Below are positions 1-7,496 of a stretch of DNA of 64,000 nt, one piece after another. The notes beneath the pieces are model-generated. The model was not told the DNA's origin, ran no database searches, and saw only the letters and a program-made list of their open reading frames with translations. The stretch is from assembly GCA_000383715.1 (NCBI GenBank), contig KB911862.1:27132-91131 (forward strand), given 5' to 3'. A program made the translations under genes and the position numbers. Position 1 is the stretch's first letter. Each line of letters opens with the position of its first letter. Origin of the DNA: Verrucomicrobia bacterium SCGC AAA164-E04 (GTDB lineage: Bacteria > Verrucomicrobiota > Verrucomicrobiia > Limisphaerales > AAA164-E04).

Positions 1-229
1 TTCAATTGAGTAGCATCATCAGTCAAAAAATAAATGCATTGCTTCAGGCGGCATTTTTTCACAGTGGATGGGAGAATGACCAGCTGACTTGCTCTCGGTG
101 AACTCAACAGAGGTACCGTTGGGCCATTACTGTTGGAGGATAAATAGGCTTCATTCCTTTACCCCCTTTCAGTAAGACCGGAATACAAAAAATGATCGCA
201 TTATTTCTAACACGTAGAGGAGAAAAATA

Positions 230-808
230 TTGAGCAAACGAACCAAACGAAGTGGTGCGCGCAATAACAGGCATGCGCAAGGTGGTGGCTTTGTTGCGAT
301 TGATCAACCTGATTTAGAGACAATCCTCAGTTCCACAGAGAACCCCTTCCTGCTGGTTCTTGACGGTGTCCAGGATCCGCACAATCTGGGGGCATGCCTT
401 CGGACAGCTGATGGTGCTGGCATTCATGCGGTGATCGCCCCCCGGAATCGGGCAGTTTCCATTACAGAGACCGTCTCCAGAATTTCCTGTGGCGCGGCGG
501 AAAATGTACCTTTTGTGCGCGTCGTAAACATCGTAAGGACCCTTGAACTTCTCCGTGAGCACGGGGTCAATCTGGTGGGGACTGCTGATGGCGCCGAATC
601 AACATCGTTATATGAGGTCGACTTTACTGGACCGACCGCATTGGTGTTGGGAGCCGAGGGCAAGGGGATTCGGCGACTTACGCAAGAAAACTGTGATCAA
701 GTGGTACGCATACCCATGTTAGGGAGGGTGGATTGCTTGAATGTATCAGTGGCGACTGGTGTGTGTCTATACGAAGCGCTTAGACAGAGGATAGGCCATA
801 GCAAGTAG
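230..808 (+). CDS. SpoU/TrmH-family RNA 2'-O-methyltransferase (RlmB-like, short form)
   Basis: 192-aa ORF with SpoU knot motifs LVLDGVQDPHNLGACLRTADGAG, ALVLGAEGKGIRRLT and IPMLGRVDCLNVSVATGVCLYE. TTG start at 230 has GGAG about 7 nt upstream. An in-frame stop at 215-217 rules out a long N-terminal substrate-binding domain. Confidence 0.85.
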   Translation: MSKRTKRSGARNNRHAQGGGFVAIDQPDLETILSSTENPFLLVLDGVQDPHNLGACLRTADGAGIHAVIAPRNRAVSITETVSRISCGAAENVPFVRVVNIVRTLELLREHGVNLVGTADGAESTSLYEVDFTGPTALVLGAEGKGIRRLTQENCDQVVRIPMLGRVDCLNVSVATGVCLYEALRQRIGHSK

Positions 809-1087
809 TTGTTGCGCAGGGCTGTTTCGGATTCAATAGCCTGGTAATGGGTATGACAGCCTGCTCTTCCTGGGAAAATTCACCACTCCCGGTAGTCTCT
901 AACCTAGAATTGTAACACGTATTGGCTGCATGCTGATCCCGCTGTGATGCCTCAAATCAGCGCGTTTCATGGATTCTTTCTCTTTGGATCCATTCCTCCA
1001 TTTGTCTCAAATATGGTAAAGCTGAGGCCAGTTATCATTTCTTCAACAAAATCAGATTGTTGGTGTTTTCATAACGATTGAATCACC

Positions 1088-1106
1088 AGCTTCCCGGGGG
1101 GAAGCT
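1088..1106. terminator. GC-rich stem-loop between the convergent methyltransferase and ABC-F genes (possible bidirectional terminator)
   Basis: AGCTTCC-cgggg-GGAAGCT gives a 7-bp perfect stem. No clear U-tract on either strand. Confidence 0.25.
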
Positions 1107-1213
1107 ACTTGTTGACAACGCCGCAGTTTATCTGCCGTTGAATGCTCCGAACAATCGTAGCCTTTCCTATTTCGAAGGACTCGCCTGCCACTATACGTGC
1201 TTGAGTCTTTACT

Positions 1214-2821
1214 CTACGCCGTGATCGCAGCGCGCTCGTTGCCTTGGGAATTGGTTTTCTCCAGAAAGTAGTCGTAGTCGCCTGCGTATGAGGTCACTGT
1301 GCCTTTGTTGACATGCAGGACCTTGGTGGCGAGTCGGCGTATGAAGTAGACATCATGGGAAATGAAGAGCAGCGAACCTTCGTAACGCTCAAGAGCGATG
1401 ATCAGCGACTCAACGGTCAGTATGTCGAGATGCGTGGTAGGCTCGTCCATCAGCAGGAGATTAGGAGGGTTGACGAGGAACTTGAGAAGGTTTAAGCGGC
1501 TTTTTTCGCCCCCACTCAGCACCCCTGTTTTCTTGTATATCTCCTCCTTGCGAAACATGAAGGAACCCAGGATGCCGCGCGCCTCGTCTTCGCGGATATC
1601 CGGCGAAGAATCAAGCACTTCGTCGAGCACGCTGTTATTCGGATCAAGTGTTTTGGAACGGTGCTGGCTGAAGTAGCCGAGCTTACAATTGTGGCCTTCA
1701 GTCCGAACGCCCTTCTGGAATTTTACCTCACCAGCGAGAATCTTGAGTAGCGTAGATTTTCCCGCACCATTCGGCCCGATAAGGACTGTTCGATCGCCGC
1801 GTTGAACTTCGAAATCGAGCCCTTCATAAACCTTGTTGTCTCCGTAGGCCATGTGGATGTTCTCCAGCGCGATGGATCGCTGGCCACCGCGCAAGGGGGC
1901 GGGGAACCTGAATGGATAGGGCTTGCGGGGAGGGAGGGGCTTTTCGAGCATTACCATTTTTTCCAATGCCTTCAGCCGACTCTGCGCCTGTGCGGCTTTG
2001 GAGGTCACGTTTCGAAATCGGCTCACGAAGTCCTTGATCACCGAAACCTCCTTCTGCTGGTTCTTGTAGGCGGCGGAATCTCGAATGAACGCCTCCTTTT
2101 TCTGGATTTCGTATTCGGAATAGTTGCCCTTCCAGGAAAGAAGTCGCTTGTTCGAAAACTCAAATACCTTCTGTACGATGCTATCCATGAACTGTCGATC
2201 ATGCGAGATCAACAGTACGGCGCAGGACTGGGTCTTGAGGTATTCCTGAAACCAGAGCAGGGCACTGAGATCGAGGTGGTTGGTCGGCTCATCAAGCATC
2301 AGTAAATCAGGCTGCATGGCCAACAAACGAGCCAGATGTGCGCGCATGACCCACCCACCGCTCAAGTCGGAAGCAGGGCGATCAAAGTGTTCCTCCAGAA
2401 ACCCGAGGCCGTGTAGCATCTTCTTGGCCTTGGCCTCGAATTGCGGATCGTTCAAGGCGTCGAACTTGGCCTGAGCCTCATAGTATTCTATGCAATCGCA
2501 TGTACCGGCTTCCTCAAGTCGACGAAGAGTCGCTTCCAATGATGGGATCGTGCCAACCCGGCCGGTGGTCACCTCCAGCACTGTCTCGTCTCCGAGCGCT
2601 TCACTTTCCTGTGGTAAATAACCGACTGTCGTCCACTCGTCTCGGTTGATCTCGCCTGCGTCGGCCGTATCTTGGCCGAGGATGAGCGAGAAAAGAGTGG
2701 TTTTGCCGGAACCGTTGGGCCCGACCAATGCCACCCGCTCGCCATAGTTCATGGTCATGGATACGTCCTCAAACAAAGGCGTTCCGGCAAATGCTTTCGC
2801 TACTTTTCGAATTGCTAACAT
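1214..2821 (-). CDS. ABC-F family ATPase (two fused ABC domains, no membrane domain; YbiT/EttA-like size)
   Basis: 535 aa. Walker A appears twice (GPNGSGKTT, GPNGAGKST), the signature twice (LSGGWVMR, LSGGEKSR) and Walker B twice (LLMLDEPTNHLD, LLLMDEPTTHLD). A charged inter-domain linker is present and no TM segments. Confidence 0.9.
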   Translation of the reverse strand: MLAIRKVAKAFAGTPLFEDVSMTMNYGERVALVGPNGSGKTTLFSLILGQDTADAGEINRDEWTTVGYLPQESEALGDETVLEVTTGRVGTIPSLEATLRRLEEAGTCDCIEYYEAQAKFDALNDPQFEAKAKKMLHGLGFLEEHFDRPASDLSGGWVMRAHLARLLAMQPDLLMLDEPTNHLDLSALLWFQEYLKTQSCAVLLISHDRQFMDSIVQKVFEFSNKRLLSWKGNYSEYEIQKKEAFIRDSAAYKNQQKEVSVIKDFVSRFRNVTSKAAQAQSRLKALEKMVMLEKPLPPRKPYPFRFPAPLRGGQRSIALENIHMAYGDNKVYEGLDFEVQRGDRTVLIGPNGAGKSTLLKILAGEVKFQKGVRTEGHNCKLGYFSQHRSKTLDPNNSVLDEVLDSSPDIREDEARGILGSFMFRKEEIYKKTGVLSGGEKSRLNLLKFLVNPPNLLLMDEPTTHLDILTVESLIIALERYEGSLLFISHDVYFIRRLATKVLHVNKGTVTSYAGDYDYFLEKTNSQGNERAAITA

Positions 2822-2840
2822 AGATGTGGATTTCCGAGCT

Positions 2841-2865
2841 AAAGGCTCAAACGTCTTGAGCCTTT
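2841..2865 (-). promoter_or_regulatory. Perfect 10-bp stem-loop in the 5' leader of the ABC-F gene
   Basis: AAAGGCTCAA-acgtc-TTGAGCCTTT ends 19 nt upstream of the ATG at 2821-2819. No U-tract follows it on the minus strand. Confidence 0.3.
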
Positions 2866-3055
2866 CTCTGGAAAAGGGGCATCGAGAAAAAGCGGATTAT
2901 CGAATCGGGTCAACAAAAAACGAGCTATGCTTTGGTTCTCACGCACGATGCTTTGGCAAAATAGGTGGGCTTCCTTCATCATGACTTCGTGCAACTGCGG
3001 CAGCCTCTTTGGAAATCGATCTGTGTCGAAAACGTGTTATTCCGAAATAATCAAT

Positions 3056-3420
3056 CGCAGTTACAAGAATCAAAAACCATCCAACAGTGCTCGTGATCGG
3101 TCCTGTTGCAGCATTCGCTCCATCATGGGATTTAATGTTGCTGACTGGATAAGTTCAAACTGAACAATAATATCACCTACGCTGCTCTCTTGCGTGAGTC
3201 CTTGTCCCACAGTCTCTTTCGAGAGGTCTGTATTTCTTGCTTTCGCGTGGGGTATGCCAAAGGCAGCCTCATGGTCTCTACAAGATGGTAGATCAGGTGG
3301 ATAAAAATTTCTACCATGCAAGTCCCCCTGACAGCCCTTTCTTTGAAGGGGGGATTGATCTAATGTGTCCTCGCTTGCACGAGTTCTGGCATTTTTATCC
3401 CAGAGTGATGACTATCTTCG
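3056..3420 (+). pseudogene. Degenerate fragment of a CotH-family gene (paralog of the intact CotH at 4550-6301)
   Basis: Relic LDKFKLNNNITYAALLRESLSHSLFREVCISCFRVGYAKGSL aligns to intact GLGKINLNNNISDPSLLRESLSYTLFREAGIPCSRVGYARVSL. After a deletion of about 30 nt and a frame change, RQPHGLYKMVDQVDKNF aligns to RQPHGLYTLVEQVDKRF. An in-frame stop lies at 3142-3144 and DNA-level similarity is visible. The boundaries are approximate. Confidence 0.55.
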
Positions 3421-3453
3421 TTTTCCTTGGAGGGCCATCCATAATCCACGGAA

Positions 3454-4305
3454 TCAGGGGCGGTAACCGATATTTTTCCATTTCTCTTCGAATTGGGCCT
3501 GACGCCTGTGGGTGTAACCGTATTTCATGAACCAAATATCTTGCTTGTCTTGGTCTGTTTTGGCGGTTATCCCAAATTTGGAACTCCTTGGGTCTGCTTT
3601 GGATGCCTCCAGCATGCCCTCACCTTTCCATTTATGGCTGTCAGCATGCCCGTCGGCGTAACTCAAGGTGCTCATGTTGATATGCCACAGTGCAACCGCA
3701 TCCACCCATGTGAGTGCTTTTGGATCCGGGTTGATCAACCACGAACCAAGATTCCAGCCTCGATTGTCAGCTTCCTCCACAAAGACGTAGTTTCTGGATG
3801 GAAAGAGAATGGAATCCATTTTTGTGATGGAATTGGCTGTGTCCTCGCCATCCAGGCCACCAGCGCCACCGTAGCTGTCATAGGCAAATCCCTGACCTGG
3901 CTTAAGTTTGGTACGTCCGTCTCCCGGGCAATGCCAGGATCCTACGGCGGAAGCGTATGTAAAAAGTTTGCCCTGCCGCAATCCCTCGTGCACTTCGGCC
4001 AAAGCCTTTGCCTTGCCTTTCAGATTACTGCCTCTGGGAAGCGCCTTGGGGCCGGTCCAGAAATCACGACCATTACGGTAGGTGCTCATTCCCACCACTC
4101 GCTCTTCATTGTCACCGGCATACATGTAGAAAGCCAGTGCCAGTTGTTTCTGATTACCAAGGCAGGCAGCTCCTGTGGCCTTGGTTTTTGCCTTTCCAAG
4201 CGCTGGAAGCAGCATGCCAGCCAGTATGGCAATAATGGCGATGACAACCAGAAGTTCAATCAGGGTGAAACCTGATTTTTTTCGACAATGATATTGAAGG
4301 TTCAT
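3454..4305 (-). CDS. Prepilin-type N-terminal cleavage/methylation domain protein, DUF1559 / H-X9-DG family
   Basis: 283 aa. N-terminus is [28 protein letters not shown] (type IV pilin-like signal). C-terminal region has [13 protein letters not shown], which fits H-X9-DG. Confidence 0.85.
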   Translation of the reverse strand: MNLQYHCRKKSGFTLIELLVVIAIIAILAGMLLPALGKAKTKATGAACLGNQKQLALAFYMYAGDNEERVVGMSTYRNGRDFWTGPKALPRGSNLKGKAKALAEVHEGLRQGKLFTYASAVGSWHCPGDGRTKLKPGQGFAYDSYGGAGGLDGEDTANSITKMDSILFPSRNYVFVEEADNRGWNLGSWLINPDPKALTWVDAVALWHINMSTLSYADGHADSHKWKGEGMLEASKADPRSSKFGITAKTDQDKQDIWFMKYGYTHRRQAQFEEKWKNIGYRP

Positions 4306-4549
4306 GATATGTAGTATCTGAGGATTACTCTAAATTCATGGAGTAAGCTTAGATTTTTGTCAAGTTTCATACATACGATGAAACGGCCGTCAAGACAGGG
4401 ACTTTCGTCGCAGCCTCAGCTTAATCCTTCTTCACACTTTCATAGACCGCATGCGATTTAGACGAAGACCATGATGGAGACCTGATCTTTATTCTCAGGA
4501 ATGGCACTGTGGTGAAGTTCAAAGAACGTGCATCCTCTTTTCTTCACAT

Positions 4550-6301
4550 TTGCTTTTCATCGCAAAAGAAACATGCAACTTTTATCTAACCGTGTGTGTA
4601 GGCATTGTTGTGTTAAGAAGAATTCAGTATCTCAGTTTTTTTTCAGTTGTCCTCATGTTGTTGTCCGGCAAAGCCCTCGGTCAGGACATGCAGTCAGCCG
4701 AAGATTCAAAACTGCTTTTTGGGTTGGATAAAGTAAGTGATATTCACATTCGGATTTCGGCTGATGAATGGGCTAAGCTGCAGCCCCCCATTGGTTTAGT
4801 GGTGGATATCGAAGCGGCATTTGGGGACTTGATCAAGGATGCTGTGATGGGAAAACATTTTCGCAGCGAAAAATCAACACGCCCGGGGCTCGCCGGTTAT
4901 CTTGGGGTGGATCATCAATATGGAAAGGCGGACGTCCGCATCGCTGAAGAGACTGTTCAGGATGTCGGGTTGCGCTACAAGGGAAATGGAACCTTTCTGG
5001 AGTATGTTGAGGGTGATTTTACCAAGCGATTATCGTTCAAGATCGATTTCAACGAATATGAGGAAGACCTTTCATTCCGAGGGCTTGGAAAGATCAACCT
5101 CAACAACAATATCTCTGATCCTTCTCTGTTGCGTGAATCTTTGTCCTACACTCTCTTTCGTGAAGCAGGTATTCCCTGCTCACGTGTGGGATACGCCAGA
5201 GTAAGTCTTACAGTGCCAGGCCAGTTCGATCGCCAACCTCATGGCCTTTACACGCTGGTAGAGCAAGTGGACAAGCGCTTCCTCAAAGACCGTTATGGCT
5301 CATCAAAAGGGCTTTTGATGAAACCAAGCACGTTTGGAGCCTTTCGTTATTTAGGCGAAGACTGGGCAGAATATCAAATCGGTTTTGTACCAAAGACCAC
5401 GGCTACTGAGGCTCAGAAAAAACATGTCATTGAGTTTGCCAAGTTGATTCACAAGGATGGGGATCAGGCTTTCGGGGAGCGCCTGGAAACGTATCTGGAT
5501 GTGGATCAGTTTCTTCGTTTCCTTGCAGTCAATGCCTTGCTGAGTAATCTCGACAGCTTTCTTGGAGGGGCACAAAATCATTACATTTATCTGGAGCCTT
5601 CATCCAACAAATTTCAGTTCCTGCCCTGGGATATGGATCATTCTTTTGGAGCCTTTCCCCTCAAAGGAACACCCGACTCACGCCGTGATTTGAGTATTGA
5701 TCACCCCGCGGGCATGAAACATACGCTGATTGAGAGGGTCTTGAGCATTCAGCATCACAAGGAAACTTACCACGCCTATCTGGATACCTACCTTGAAACG
5801 ATCTTCGGGGAGGAAAAAATGCTTGGGCAGATTCAAAGTGCGGCCGCCTTTGTGCGTCCCTTGGTAGGAATCAACGGGCCCAAGGCATTGGACCTTTTTG
5901 ATGCTGTGCTGGCTGAAGAACCAGTATGGTATGAACCCCATCCATTGAAGTATTTCGTGACTGAGCGAAGGGAATCTGTCCGCCGTCAGCTGGACGGGAT
6001 TTCCGCAGGTAGCGTGCTTGAAGAAGGGTCCCCTGACTGGAAGTCAATCATACCATGGCTGTTAGGGGGGCTGGTGGTGCTTTTGTTGAATCTATCCGCG
6101 TGGCTATGGGGTGTCGTAGCCGGCTTTCGAGTAAGCATGCTCTGGGGTGCACTCAATTTGTTTTTCTACCCTCTGGCTCCTGTCATCTATGGCTTTGTAA
6201 TCCAGAAAACATTGGGCCGTCGATCCGCTCTTTGGACGCTTTTTTGTTTCACCTGCTTGGTGGGTTTCATCATAATAATGATCGTTCAGAAACCTGGCTG
6301 A
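4550..6301 (+). CDS. CotH-family protein (atypical kinase fold) with C-terminal membrane anchor
   Basis: 583 aa. CotH blocks RQPHGLYTLVEQVDKRFL and NHYIYLEP...FQFLPWDMDHSFG. Signal-like N-terminus. Three hydrophobic C-terminal helices (LLGGLVVLLLNLSAWLWGVVAGF, LWGALNLFFYPLAPVIYGFVI, LWTLFCFTCLVGFIIIMIV). The exact start is uncertain (ATG 4550 or a downstream GTG). Confidence 0.85.
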   Translation: MLFIAKETCNFYLTVCVGIVVLRRIQYLSFFSVVLMLLSGKALGQDMQSAEDSKLLFGLDKVSDIHIRISADEWAKLQPPIGLVVDIEAAFGDLIKDAVMGKHFRSEKSTRPGLAGYLGVDHQYGKADVRIAEETVQDVGLRYKGNGTFLEYVEGDFTKRLSFKIDFNEYEEDLSFRGLGKINLNNNISDPSLLRESLSYTLFREAGIPCSRVGYARVSLTVPGQFDRQPHGLYTLVEQVDKRFLKDRYGSSKGLLMKPSTFGAFRYLGEDWAEYQIGFVPKTTATEAQKKHVIEFAKLIHKDGDQAFGERLETYLDVDQFLRFLAVNALLSNLDSFLGGAQNHYIYLEPSSNKFQFLPWDMDHSFGAFPLKGTPDSRRDLSIDHPAGMKHTLIERVLSIQHHKETYHAYLDTYLETIFGEEKMLGQIQSAAAFVRPLVGINGPKALDLFDAVLAEEPVWYEPHPLKYFVTERRESVRRQLDGISAGSVLEEGSPDWKSIIPWLLGGLVVLLLNLSAWLWGVVAGFRVSMLWGALNLFFYPLAPVIYGFVIQKTLGRRSALWTLFCFTCLVGFIIIMIVQKPG

Positions 6302-6584
6302 GCTTATCTACCTCAGATTCTGATAACAGAACAATGCCACTCAAAATGTATGGGAGGAGGCTGTGAACGGCGGGATTCTTATGAAATATTTCACCAATGC
6401 TGCAAGCAATCTTCTGCTGGACTTGATGCAATCTGGGACTTTGATCCTTGAGGGATGATCAGATTGCCTTTAAAGAGTTTTTCGTTTTCTGAGATGAGGC
6501 AGGCCGGCTGTTACAGCAAAAGAAAAACTAAATGCACATCCTTCTCCTGTTGCCAATGCGGAGTGAATACATCATGATGCGAAC

Positions 6585-7496
6585 ATGCTAAACCTACATG
6601 CCTATGTCATCCTCTGCGCATGGGGCCTGTGCATTGCGCCCCTGAAAGCTCAGGAAACGAACGCAGCGGAAGCCTTGTCCCTTCGAGACGGAGACCGTGT
6701 TGTTTTTCTGGGGAATACTTTCTTTGAGCGTGCTCTCGATCATGGCTACCTCGAAACATCTCTGACTGTGCGCTGGCCCGAAAAGAGAATCATCTTCAGG
6801 AATCTTGGCTGGGATGGTGACACGGTCTACGGTCATTCGCGGGCGGGAGGAAGGAGGCGTCAGGTATTTGGTGATGCGGAGGAGGGGTTCCAGCGGATGA
6901 TGGAGCATCTCAACTCTGAAAAGCCTTCCGTGGTTTTTGTTGCCTATGGATTCAATGAATCCTTTGATGGCATTCAAGGTCTTGCCTCCTTTCAGAAAGG
7001 ATTGAATCGACTGCTGGATCGCCTTGAAAACCTTTCCAGACAAATTGTATTGATCACCCCGCCAGCTGTCGTGGTGCATGACGATTCTCTCAATCATATA
7101 CTGGGACATTATGCGGAGATTCTACTGGAGGCGGCCCGCTCAAGGGGACACCTTGTAGTGGATCTGTTCGAAGTCGAAGCGTTGAATGCTCCGGCATGTC
7201 GTGAAAACGGATTGCACTTGTCTGCAGCGGGTTACCAAAAAGCAGCAGAAATATGGGTGCAGCAATTGAAGCTGCCACCGGTCAGGATCGATTTAAATAA
7301 TTCCCGTGCAGACAAGGTCCGACAGGCCATCATCAAAAAGAATACCCTTTATTTTCATCGATGGCGGCCCAGAAACGATGCCTTCGTCTTTGGGGAACGC
7401 AGGGACGAGCAGAAGATCGCTCAGAAAGAGCCCTTACAATTTGAGCCCTACATCGAACAACAGGAACAACGCATTCGGAAACTTTTGAAACCATGA
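6585..7496 (+). CDS. SGNH/GDSL-hydrolase-fold protein with a non-canonical catalytic block
   Basis: 303 aa with a signal peptide. SGNH blocks are VVFLGNTFFE (GNT where GDS is expected), GWDGDT, GFNES and NGLHLSAAGY. The stop overlaps the next start (ATGA at 7493-7496). Confidence 0.8.
   Translation: MLNLHAYVILCAWGLCIAPLKAQETNAAEALSLRDGDRVVFLGNTFFERALDHGYLETSLTVRWPEKRIIFRNLGWDGDTVYGHSRAGGRRRQVFGDAEEGFQRMMEHLNSEKPSVVFVAYGFNESFDGIQGLASFQKGLNRLLDRLENLSRQIVLITPPAVVVHDDSLNHILGHYAEILLEAARSRGHLVVDLFEVEALNAPACRENGLHLSAAGYQKAAEIWVQQLKLPPVRIDLNNSRADKVRQAIIKKNTLYFHRWRPRNDAFVFGERRDEQKIAQKEPLQFEPYIEQQEQRIRKLLKP

Noticed and set aside
104-307. 67-aa minus-strand ORF at the window start
   Set aside because: It overlaps the start of the SpoU methyltransferase gene, has no motifs and is probably spurious.
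3493-4275. 260-aa plus-strand ORF
   Set aside because: It is entirely antisense to the well-supported DUF1559 gene (pilin-like N-terminus, H-X9-DG). It has no motifs and looks like a typical shadow ORF.
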